Assembly: GCA_964344145.1 (NCBI GenBank)
Contig: CAYFME010000008.1
Span: 1,913-65,912, forward strand
DNA from: an uncultured Gammaproteobacteria bacterium
GTDB lineage: Bacteria > Patescibacteriota > Patescibacteriia > UBA9934
Length of the DNA: 64,000 bases
Direction of reading: 5' to 3'
Shown: one piece after another, positions 10,077-17,845 of the stretch
Layout of the letters: the number at the start of each line of letters is the position of its first letter
How positions within the stretch are numbered: position 1 is the stretch's first letter
Notes under the pieces: model-generated
Database searches by the model: none
Told to the model about the DNA's origin: nothing
The model's input: the letters and a program-made list of their open reading frames with translations, nothing else
Translations under genes and position numbers: made by a program

Positions 10077-10118
10077 ATAAACGTGTTACAAATAAGCGCT
10101 GGCATTTTAGCAAATGCC

Positions 10119-11285
10119 TTATCGCTCCACCAAATCCTTCCCGCTAAAGAGGCTAATCGTCCAGGAAAATGCTACACGCAGCTTGTTGGTAGGGCCGGGT
10201 GTTTTAAATAGGTACACGGTTCGCCAGAGCCACCAGGCTGGAAAGCCCTTGAGCGTGATGCCAAAGAGATCGCCCGCACCATTGTATGTGCCGAGGGAAA
10301 CGAGCATGCCTTTCAGATCCACTTTGTAAGAGCGAAGGTGTTTGCGCTTTTTGTGCAAGCGCTTGATGTTCTCGGCGACAACGGATGCTTCTTGTGTGGC
10401 GGTTTGGGCGAGCTTTGGGATGCGTACGTCGCCCATGGAAATGACGTCGCCAAGCGCGAAGACGTTTTTGTAGCCTTTGACCTGGAGGTGTTCGTTGACG
10501 TCGATGTGCGTGCTTTCGTTTAGAACGTCGGCGGCGCACTCGGTACGCGGCGTTACACCTGCTGCGAGAATGGTGAGGTTGGTATCAAAGTCGCCGACCG
10601 ATGTTTTTATGGTAGTTGCTGTCAGTTCCTTAGCGATCGCATTGAGAACAACTTCGATCCCGGCTTTCTCGAGCGTCTTTTGTGCGTATCGTTGAATGCG
10701 TTGCGAGAATGGACGGAGCAATGTGTCGCTCGCGTTGATGAGTCGCAGGTGATAGTTGAGATCGGAGTTGAACTTCTTAAGCTCTTTAAGCAAATCTGAG
10801 AGCTCGAGGATGAGCTCCATGCCGGTTGGACCTCCACCGATGACATTTAAGCATACGCGCTGTTTTGTGCCTTGTGCGAGCTCGAGCACGTGGCGTTTGA
10901 TGCGCAGCGCATCTTCTACGGACTTGAGCGTGTGACAGTGCTCGGTGCCTTTCATGGAGTAGAAGTTGGTCGCTGATCCGGTGGCAATGACGAGGTACTG
11001 GTAGCTGTACTTTGTGTCTCCAACGTGGAGATGATGTTTTTCAAAGTTGATTTTGTCGACATGACCGCGAACAAAGCGAAAGTGTTTGCTGTCAAAAAAA
11101 TCAGAGTATTCAAACAAGATGTCTTTGCTAGTGAGGTTGCCGGTTGCGACTTCGTGCAGGAGGGGGGTGAAGGTAAAGTAGTTGTGTTCGCTGATAAGCA
11201 AAACGGGCAGTCCGGCTTTGAGTAGGTTTTTAGCCGTGTACACGCCGCCAAAGCCGCCGCCAACAATAACAATCGGTGATTTCAT
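10119..11285 (-). CDS. ndh: Type II NADH dehydrogenase (NDH-2), FAD-dependent
   Basis: MKSPIVIVGGGFGGVYTAK Rossmann dinucleotide motif; second NAD(P)-binding motif VIGGGPTGMELILEL; GDV..MGDVRIPKLAQ. Confidence 0.85.
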   Translation of the reverse strand: MKSPIVIVGGGFGGVYTAKNLLKAGLPVLLISEHNYFTFTPLLHEVATGNLTSKDILFEYSDFFDSKHFRFVRGHVDKINFEKHHLHVGDTKYSYQYLVIATGSATNFYSMKGTEHCHTLKSVEDALRIKRHVLELAQGTKQRVCLNVIGGGPTGMELILELSDLLKELKKFNSDLNYHLRLINASDTLLRPFSQRIQRYAQKTLEKAGIEVVLNAIAKELTATTIKTSVGDFDTNLTILAAGVTPRTECAADVLNESTHIDVNEHLQVKGYKNVFALGDVISMGDVRIPKLAQTATQEASVVAENIKRLHKKRKHLRSYKVDLKGMLVSLGTYNGAGDLFGITLKGFPAWWLWRTVYLFKTPGPTNKLRVAFSWTISLFSGKDLVER

Positions 11286-11360
11286 ACGGTGTAAGTATAG
11301 CAAATGCACGATCGCCCCGCGGACCGAGTGGTCCGGGGGCGCGGAGTAGGCGAGGCCTGC

Positions 11361-12227
11361 TCAGCTTCGGGAGAAGAGGGCGAGGCAGCGCTGCAGGCAG
11401 ATGTTGAGGTTGTGGGCCTGAGCCTCGCCAGCGGCGACGTTGTCACCGTGGTCGAGGACTTCTTCCATCCCGTTGGTGTGGAAGGCCAGAGCGATCGCCT
11501 GCCAGCCGTAGAGGTGCGCGATGCCCAACGACACGAGCAGACTCATGCCGATGGAGAGGCAGCCCTGACTCGCGCGCAGACGCTTGGTGAAGAGGCTCTC
11601 GACGTCGGTACCTCGCTCCAGGGCGTAGATGCCCGTGGCGACGGTCAGTCCATCGATGTCCTGCAGGGCGTCGCGCGCCGGCATGGTGAGCGTGCCCAGG
11701 TGGTCAGGGCAGATGACGGCCGAGGCCGAGCAGTGCTCGGTGAATGGCGTCTCCATGCCAGGGGCACGGTGGATCTGCTCGACCACGACGACGGCACCAG
11801 CGGGCGCACTGTCGTCATCGAGGCCACCGGCGCCGCAGGTTGTCAGCAGGTTCTTCACTCCCAGGTGGGCGAACATCTCGAACTGGTAGCGCATGGCGCG
11901 GTACACCTTGTCGCGACGCTTGGCGAAGGTGACGTCGTTGAGATGAACGCGACCGTCCAGGACGAAGACGCGCTTGCCGCCCACCGTCGCGATGCCCGCC
12001 CGCAGGGCGTGACCCTTCTTCTTGCGAACGGCGCGGAAGATCTTGAAGGTCTTGCGCAGGTCGCACGAGACCTCCAGCTCCACCAGCGCTCCCCAGCCGG
12101 TGCCCAGCACCACGAGCGTGTCGAGCTCTTCGTCCGGGCCGAGACCGAGCGCCTCACGCAGCTTGCGTGCCATCTTCGCCGACGCCTTCTTGAATCCCCG
12201 GTCCGGGGTCGGACGCTTGTTTTCCAT
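11361..12227 (-). CDS. Purine nucleoside phosphorylase / MTA phosphorylase family enzyme (high-GC gene)
   Basis: VVLGTGWG...GGKRVFVLDGRVHLNDVT...LLTTCGAGGL matches PNP-family motifs; start MENKR at 12227 with GGAGAG RBS. Confidence 0.75.
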   Translation of the reverse strand: MENKRPTPDRGFKKASAKMARKLREALGLGPDEELDTLVVLGTGWGALVELEVSCDLRKTFKIFRAVRKKKGHALRAGIATVGGKRVFVLDGRVHLNDVTFAKRRDKVYRAMRYQFEMFAHLGVKNLLTTCGAGGLDDDSAPAGAVVVVEQIHRAPGMETPFTEHCSASAVICPDHLGTLTMPARDALQDIDGLTVATGIYALERGTDVESLFTKRLRASQGCLSIGMSLLVSLGIAHLYGWQAIALAFHTNGMEEVLDHGDNVAAGEAQAHNLNICLQRCLALFSRS

Positions 12228-12303
12228 GATCTCTCCAGGAGGCTGGACGTTTTTTATCAAAAACAAACACACCGGTCAAAGCCGATGTGGTTGTTGCGGA
12301 AGT

Positions 12304-14547
12304 CTATCGTCGTGAGGTGGTCCCCGTTTCCACGTCTTCTAGGTTCACGCTGATTAGGTTTGAAATTCCATCGTCACCCATCGTCACACCGTAAAGCAGA
12401 TCGGCACGCTCCATGGTCGCACGATTGTGGGTGATGACAATGAACTGCGTGAGCTTTCGCAATTCGTCGAGGATGTTGGCGAAGCGCACCGTATTAGCTT
12501 CATCAAGCGCGGCGTCGACCTCATCGAGCACCACAAACGGTGATGGATTGGTGGCCATGATGGCTGATAGCAGCGCGATCGAAGTCAACGCTCGCTCACC
12601 ACCGGAGAGCAGGTTCAGCGCCTTGAGCTTTTTGCCAGGCGGTGTTGCCTCAATTTCAATGCCGGTCACATGATCTTTACGCTTCTTCACGCGCTTTAAA
12701 ATCGCCTCCACCGATTCATTGTCTTCTTCGATTTGATCTGACGCCAGCTCTTCCATCGCACGATCAAGTGTCACGTGCGATCCCTTCTCACCGTCCTCCT
12801 TGCTGTCGCGCACGCGTACAAGCCGACACGACCCACCGCCAAAGAGGACCTTGAAGTACTTCTGAAACTCTTTGTTGATGGTGGTGAAGACTTTTTCCGA
12901 TCGCTTTCGGATCTGTTCATCCAATTCATCGATGACCTTCTCCGTGGATCCGATTGCTTCGCGGATGTCGGTCGCTTGCGAGCTTAAGAAGTCGAGGCGT
13001 TCGGTCGTCTCGTTGAACTCAGCAACCGTCTCTTCATCAATTCCACCGATCAGCTCGAGCTGGTGCTTGAGCTTGAGCATCTGCCCGCGCAGCTCGTCGA
13101 GATTGCGCACGCGATGGTCTGGTTCCTGGGTCGTGACACTCTTTTTACGATCACCAAGCTCCTCTTTCATCTCACGCTCTACGCCCTCTAAGCGCGTTTC
13201 CGTTCGTGCTTGCTCGATCTCAATGGCGTTACGCTTATTTTCCAATGCGTGCACTTCCTGTTGGAGATTTCGCAACGCGCGTTGCATCTCAAAGATTTGG
13301 CTTTTATTTTCTGAACTCTCACTCTGTTTCGTCTCCGCAGCTTTCTCAGCTTCATCGAGCGCTTTCTTTGCCTTGGAAACATCCTTGCTAGCTTCATCGA
13401 GCGCTTTCACGAGCTTTTTGTCCGGCTTCACATCCTCGGGACGAGGACGCGTGAGGCGCGCGCGCAGCTTCTTGATCATGCTCATGATCGCAGAGCCCTT
13501 GTCTTCCTTTAAGATCGCATCGAGCGATTTGATGATGTCGGTCAGGGGCAATGGTGCCCACGTAGACTGCGCTCGCACTTTGGCAAGCTCAAGCTCTCGC
13601 TGCGCCTCAAACTCTTTCTCACGTGCCTTGGAGAGTTCCTGCTGCGCGGCCTTGTACGCCTTGTGTAGTGCTGGACGCCCACCGTCGTCTTTGCCCGTAC
13701 TCATTTCTTTCTCCAGGCGTTCAAGATCCTTATCACCCATAGCGAGCTTGTCGCGTGTTTTCTCCAAGCTTCCGTCTACCTTGCCAAGACGATCGCCAAT
13801 GGCATCCATCTCGTCTTTCAGATTCCACCACAGTGTTCCAAAGTAGCGACTTTGCACGTCCCGCAGTTCAAACTCCACCTGATCGCGTTTCTCCAGCCGT
13901 CGCACTTGGCGCTTGAGCGATCGCAATCGAGGTTCGATCTCCGAGAGCAGCATTTGGACCTCCACCAAGTTCTCGGCAGCCTTGCGCAGCTTTAACATCG
14001 ATTGATGACGTTTGATCTGCAGGCTGCGCACACCGGTGGCATCGTCAAAAAAGATTTTTCGTTCTTCAGGGGAGGAGGTGAGCACATGATCGATCATGCC
14101 CTGACCAACCACACTGTACGATCGCTGACCCACACCAGCTTCAGCTAGCAAGAGTTGGATGTCGGCGAGACGAACTTTTTTTCCGTTGAGGCGATACTCC
14201 GAGTCGCCGTCGCGGTAGAGTCGACGCGTAATCGAGACTTCGTTGAAGTCGATGGGCATCGCGCCATCGCTGTTGTCGATCACCATGGTGACCTCAGCGA
14301 ATCCCGCACGCGCTTTTCCTTTAGACCCAGAGAAGATCACATCCTGCCCACTTTTTCCGCGCAGCAGCTTCATGGACTGCTCGCCCAAACACCACCGAAT
14401 CGCGTCTGAGGCGTTGGATTTACCCGATCCATTTGGTCCGACCACGACCGTGAGTGCGTGATGGGACTTTTTGGGTGCGGGGAATTCTAAAATCGTTTTC
14501 TTGGCAAACGTCTTAAAGCCCTGGAGTTCTAATCGCGACAAGTACAT
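12304..14547 (-). CDS. smc: SMC-family chromosome segregation ATPase, unusually short (747 aa) with no recognisable hinge domain
   Basis: N-terminal Walker A VVGPNGSGKSNASDAIRWCLGEQS; C-terminal signature LSGGERALTSIALLSAIMATNPSPFVVLDEVDAALDE; long coiled-coil middle; only a vestigial hinge-like WAPLPLTDI segment. Confidence 0.8.
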   Translation of the reverse strand: MYLSRLELQGFKTFAKKTILEFPAPKKSHHALTVVVGPNGSGKSNASDAIRWCLGEQSMKLLRGKSGQDVIFSGSKGKARAGFAEVTMVIDNSDGAMPIDFNEVSITRRLYRDGDSEYRLNGKKVRLADIQLLLAEAGVGQRSYSVVGQGMIDHVLTSSPEERKIFFDDATGVRSLQIKRHQSMLKLRKAAENLVEVQMLLSEIEPRLRSLKRQVRRLEKRDQVEFELRDVQSRYFGTLWWNLKDEMDAIGDRLGKVDGSLEKTRDKLAMGDKDLERLEKEMSTGKDDGGRPALHKAYKAAQQELSKAREKEFEAQRELELAKVRAQSTWAPLPLTDIIKSLDAILKEDKGSAIMSMIKKLRARLTRPRPEDVKPDKKLVKALDEASKDVSKAKKALDEAEKAAETKQSESSENKSQIFEMQRALRNLQQEVHALENKRNAIEIEQARTETRLEGVEREMKEELGDRKKSVTTQEPDHRVRNLDELRGQMLKLKHQLELIGGIDEETVAEFNETTERLDFLSSQATDIREAIGSTEKVIDELDEQIRKRSEKVFTTINKEFQKYFKVLFGGGSCRLVRVRDSKEDGEKGSHVTLDRAMEELASDQIEEDNESVEAILKRVKKRKDHVTGIEIEATPPGKKLKALNLLSGGERALTSIALLSAIMATNPSPFVVLDEVDAALDEANTVRFANILDELRKLTQFIVITHNRATMERADLLYGVTMGDDGISNLISVNLEDVETGTTSRR

Positions 14548-14603
14548 AACGCCGGTATTCTATCAAAAAGGCCGATTGAGGTATAATCAGCAGGTAATGA
14601 GTA

Positions 14604-15227
14604 TTGTTTTGTATGCAAAGAATGATCCCTTTGTTTTTGATGGCGCTTTTGGTTGTTGGAGCTGGCTGCAGCGAACCTCAGGCGAATGACGATACGCTCG
14701 ATGCGTTGACTGAGCTTGGGACGGACATCGAAGAGATCGCCGATGAGGAGGATGAAGAGGAAGAGGGGGCGGAAGACGATGAGGAGGCGGATGAGGCCGA
14801 AGATGATGATCAAGTAGCAGAATCATTGCCAGTCGATGATGATGCTGACGACACAGACGTTGGCGAGGAGCCCGAGCTTGAGTCTGAGGAAGATGACGAT
14901 GCGGCCGAGCAAGAAGCGCAGGATCTTCCAGAAGAAGACGATGACGAAGAGAAGGACGAGTCGCTTTATGTCTCCATGGAGTCGGGAAATTTTTTCTTCA
15001 GTCCAAGCTCCATCGCCGCAGAGCCTGGTCAGACCGTTGTTATCACCATTGAGCAGAACGCTGGAACGCACACGCTTGTGATCGATGAGATTGGCTACAA
15101 GTCCGGCGTGAGTATTGGCGATGTTCTTACATTCACCGCACCAACCGATCCAGGATCATATGCCTACTACTGCGACGTTGGATCACATCGTGCACTTGGC
15201 ATGGAAGGGACGTTGATTGTGCAATAG
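14604..15227 (+). CDS. Cupredoxin (plastocyanin/azurin-like blue copper) lipoprotein with ~100-aa poly-acidic linker
   Basis: Lipobox LLVVGAGC; C-terminal type-1 copper ligand pattern YYCDVGSHRALGMEG (C..H....M); the linker is a D/E-rich run. Confidence 0.7.
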   Translation: MFCMQRMIPLFLMALLVVGAGCSEPQANDDTLDALTELGTDIEEIADEEDEEEEGAEDDEEADEAEDDDQVAESLPVDDDADDTDVGEEPELESEEDDDAAEQEAQDLPEEDDDEEKDESLYVSMESGNFFFSPSSIAAEPGQTVVITIEQNAGTHTLVIDEIGYKSGVSIGDVLTFTAPTDPGSYAYYCDVGSHRALGMEGTLIVQ

Positions 15228-15272
15228 CGTTTCAAAAAACGGGCTACAGGGTCCGTTTTTGAATTCTGTAGG

Positions 15273-15301
15273 TTGACAAAACCGCCAATTTATGCTATAT
15301 T
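15273..15301 (+). promoter_or_regulatory. Sigma70-like promoter (TTGACA-N17-TATATT) upstream of the DGR target gene
   Basis: Exact TTGACA at 15273-78, a 17-nt spacer and TATATT at 15296-301; follows a cupredoxin-gene terminator hairpin (15234-15260). Confidence 0.6.
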
Positions 15302-15446
15302 CACTGCCTGTTCCTTGTGATTTTTGGCTTTCTTGTTGTCTATTTTTCTAGGTAGACGGCAAGAAGGCCGGAAACAGATAGGTCTTCCCCTTTGCCGTGT
15401 TGGCGAGGGGTACGGCTTTCCCGAAAAGGGGAGGCAAGGATACAAC

Positions 15447-15923
15447 ATGGACACGCTGCTTTCCGCGGCCCACCTGCGTCGTGAGCTGGGCGAGGAGCTC
15501 TTCAAGGCTCTGGTGAGCTCTGACAACACCGGCAAGGTGCGCACGTTCGCCCAGAGCCTCGTCAACGCCGCCAGCGACCGGCTCCCCACCGAGCTGACCC
15601 TCGGCGATCGCACCTACGAGATCCTCGGCTTCCTCAAGCCTGGCGAGACCTCGGTCAAGGGTGACGTCATGGTCCAGCGCGCCAAGGAGATGAACGCCCA
15701 CCTCGGCAAGGAAGACGGCCAGTGGTTCCTGGACCACCAGGACGACATCCCTGAGAGTCTGCGCGGCAAGGTCGCCTTCGTCTTCACCGACTGGCGTTAC
15801 CCCGACGCCTCGCGCGACGTCTACTACGTCTTCTGGCACGACGCTTCCCGTCGCTGGTTCAGGCACTGGCACCACCTCCCCTCCCTGTGGCTTGACCTCG
15901 ACCGTCTTGTGCGTCGCAAGTAG
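15447..15923 (+). CDS. DGR variable (target) protein, 158 aa, variable repeat at extreme C-terminus
   Basis: ATG 15447 preceded by AAGGGGAGG RBS; 62% GC; last 43 codons form the VR matching the downstream TR; no signal peptide seen. Confidence 0.8.
   Translation: MDTLLSAAHLRRELGEELFKALVSSDNTGKVRTFAQSLVNAASDRLPTELTLGDRTYEILGFLKPGETSVKGDVMVQRAKEMNAHLGKEDGQWFLDHQDDIPESLRGKVAFVFTDWRYPDASRDVYYVFWHDASRRWFRHWHHLPSLWLDLDRLVRRK
15792..15920 (+). repeat. DGR variable repeat (VR), 129 bp
   Basis: Aligns gap-free to 16267-16395 with 15 mismatches; every mismatch position is an A in the other (TR) copy. Confidence 0.85.
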
Positions 15924-15984
15924 GCTCTTGGGTCCTGGGGTTCTTGGCACCTGTCTTGGCCCTCGCTCCCTTGGTCCTCTCCGT

Positions 15985-16029
15985 GGCCCCGCATCTTGCT
16001 TGCAAGGTGCGGGGCTTCGACGTTTTTTT
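15985..16029 (+). terminator. GC-rich hairpin plus T7 run downstream of the target gene (terminator and/or DGR VR-flanking stem-loop)
   Basis: GGCCCCGCA-tcttgcttgcaagg-TGCGGGGC followed by cttcgacgTTTTTTT. Confidence 0.6.
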
Positions 16030-16266
16030 ATGCTAAATTTACTTCGGACGGTAAACTTGCAAGGCTCGCGGCCATGGCTTCGAGCGGTTGAAATCCGGAC
16101 GCTGTGACACGCCGGAATATATCAGGCTACGGCTCGGTATAGAGTGCTGTCGCAGCCCCCCAAATGAATATACTTGGTGCGATGTGCTGGTGAGATCACT
16201 TCTCCAAATACGATTCAGCCCAGAGAAGATCGATGGGTGGTGGTGTAGATGGCGCATGGCATACAT

Positions 16267-16395
16267 TGGCGTAACCCCGACGCCTCGCGCGACGTCTACT
16301 ACGTCTACTGGCACGACGATTCCCGTCGCTGGATCAGGAACTGGAACAACCTCCACAACCAGTGGAATGACAACGACCGTCTTGTGCGTCGCAAG
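16267..16395 (+). repeat. DGR template repeat (TR), 129 bp
   Basis: Intergenic copy of the VR. It holds about 30 adenines, 15 of which differ in the VR. In the VR frame it encodes WRNPDASRDVYYVYWHDDSRRWIRNWNNLHNQWNDNDRLVRRK, with the adenines concentrated in AAC/AAT codons. The in-frame TAA where VR has TAC confirms it is non-coding. Confidence 0.85.
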
Positions 16396-16406
16396 TCTGT
16401 TCATTG

Positions 16407-16436
16407 CAAACACTCCCGCTGATTCGGGAGTGTTTG
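16407..16436. other. Perfect 12-bp stem-loop immediately 3' of the TR and abutting the avd stop codon
   Basis: CAAACACTCCCG-ctgatt-CGGGAGTGTTTG. Confidence 0.6.
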
Positions 16437-16437
16437 G

Positions 16438-16758
16438 TTATCTCGCGTGCTTCATCCAGCCACCGAGCATTTTTCCTATCTCCGCTAGTTGTTGAGAGAG
16501 TCGTGCGAATGCCTTGTGATCTACGAGCTTCATCTCCCAGGCGAGCTGCAGGAAGAATTTGAGCGCATCAAATTTCGCGGCTGCCTTCTCAAGAATTGAT
16601 CGCTTATCATGTTTGCTCGAGAATGAAGCCAGTAGGATGAGCTCAATCGTTTCCGTAAATAGGGAATCTATTTTTACTCCAATGGTGTAACGGGAAAGCC
16701 GTGGTAGGTTGGACAACGTTCCATGCCAACATTTATATGCATCGCTGAGTTTATGCAA
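16438..16758 (-). CDS. avd: DGR accessory variability determinant (Avd; four-helix-bundle / 23S-rRNA-IVS protein family)
   Basis: 106 aa; AYKCWHG...FDALKFFLQLAWEMKL...LAEIGKMLGGWM resembles Bordetella bAvd (ATKCYDQ...LAMLRFWLRFLAG...AEVGRILGSWI); TTG start at 16758; on the opposite strand to the TR and RT. Confidence 0.75.
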   Translation of the reverse strand: MHKLSDAYKCWHGTLSNLPRLSRYTIGVKIDSLFTETIELILLASFSSKHDKRSILEKAAAKFDALKFFLQLAWEMKLVDHKAFARLSQQLAEIGKMLGGWMKHAR

Positions 16759-16850
16759 AATCGTAACATCACCTCGGAGATTATCGGGGGGGGGGTCGCA
16801 AAAGAGGTCTGTTTTCGCATACGCTCGAGGAGATTGTTTCGTTTGATAAT

Positions 16851-17795
16851 GTGTTACTTGCCTGGTCGGAGTTTGTCAAAGGCAAACGATCGAAGCAGGA
16901 TGTGCAGGTCTTTTCCAGAGCGTTGATCGACAATATCGATGTGTTGCATTGGGAGTTAGCATCAGGATTGTATCGTCATGGCGGGTATCAACATTTTGTT
17001 ATTCATGATCCCAAGCGTCGGGATATTCATAAGGCCTCTGTCCGCGATCGTTTAGTGCATCACTGTGTACATAGAATGCTCTATCCCTATTTTGATCGTC
17101 GATTTATCGCAGATAGTTTTTCGTGCCGAACAGACAAAGGCACGCACCGAGCAATGGATCGCTTCCGTTCCATGGCCAACAAGGTGAGTCACAATCATAC
17201 GAGGACGTGCTGGGTACTGAAGATGGATATTCGTAAGTTTTTCGCGAGCATCAACCAAAACACATTGCTCCGTCAGCTTGACGGTTTTATTGTTGATACA
17301 CGGATTGTTTATTTGTTGAGAGAGATTATTTTCAGCTTTCATACAGTGCCCGGCTTTGGGCTCCCTCTTGGCAATCTCACATCACAGCTTTTCGTAAATG
17401 TGTACATGAACGAGTTCGATCAGTTCGTGAAACATGCGTTGGGTATCAAGTTCTATATTCGTTATGCGGATGACTTTGTAATCCTTTCGCGCGATCGTGA
17501 GCACCTGAATGAATTGATTCCCGAGATCGATGCGTTTTTGTTCGAAAGATTGCTCTTGCAACTTCATCCGGATAAGACGTTCATCAAGACGCTTGCATCC
17601 GGAGTGGATTTTTTGGGATGGGTTCATTTCCCTGATCATCGAGTCTTACGCCGCTCAAGCCGTCATCGCATGTTTCGCAAGTTGCGGGGGGATCCACGAG
17701 AGGAGGTTTATCAGTCGTATAGGGGTCTGTTAGCCCATGGTAATGGGGGAAAACTTCAGAGAAAGTTACTGGATGATTATTGGATGTTATCGTGA
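16851..17795 (+). CDS. DGR-type reverse transcriptase; annotated from first in-frame GTG but conserved N-terminus continues upstream to 16767
   Basis: RT motifs 1-7 include CRTDKGTHRAM, the DGR-diagnostic LPLGNLTSQLFVNVY (SQ in place of QG) and IRYADDFVILS (YADD box). It closely parallels Bordetella phage bRT. 42% GC. Confidence 0.9.
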   Translation: MLLAWSEFVKGKRSKQDVQVFSRALIDNIDVLHWELASGLYRHGGYQHFVIHDPKRRDIHKASVRDRLVHHCVHRMLYPYFDRRFIADSFSCRTDKGTHRAMDRFRSMANKVSHNHTRTCWVLKMDIRKFFASINQNTLLRQLDGFIVDTRIVYLLREIIFSFHTVPGFGLPLGNLTSQLFVNVYMNEFDQFVKHALGIKFYIRYADDFVILSRDREHLNELIPEIDAFLFERLLLQLHPDKTFIKTLASGVDFLGWVHFPDHRVLRRSSRHRMFRKLRGDPREEVYQSYRGLLAHGNGGKLQRKLLDDYWMLS

Positions 17796-17845
17796 TACAG
17801 CGTCGATATTGACGGTTTTTGATTTTCGGTTTAAGCTTCTCCGCT

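Larger units (their letters stand above)
15447..17795 (+). mobile_element. Diversity-generating retroelement cassette (target-VR / TR / avd (inverted) / RT)
   Basis: The co-localised components listed above. Confidence 0.85.

Noticed and set aside
11304-12353. 349-aa plus-strand ORF
   Set aside because: Antisense to the PNP-family gene and low-complexity. Similar artefacts are 29886-30641 (-), 35231-36067 (-), 36084-36848 (-), 37817-38995 (+), 38971-40167 (+), 41674-43176 (+), 43259-44060 (+), 49540-50424 (+) and 50494-51291 (+).
16088-16495. 135-aa ORF spanning the TR region
   Set aside because: It is out of frame with the VR-encoding frame and Thr/Ser/Gly low-complexity. The TR is a non-coding template.
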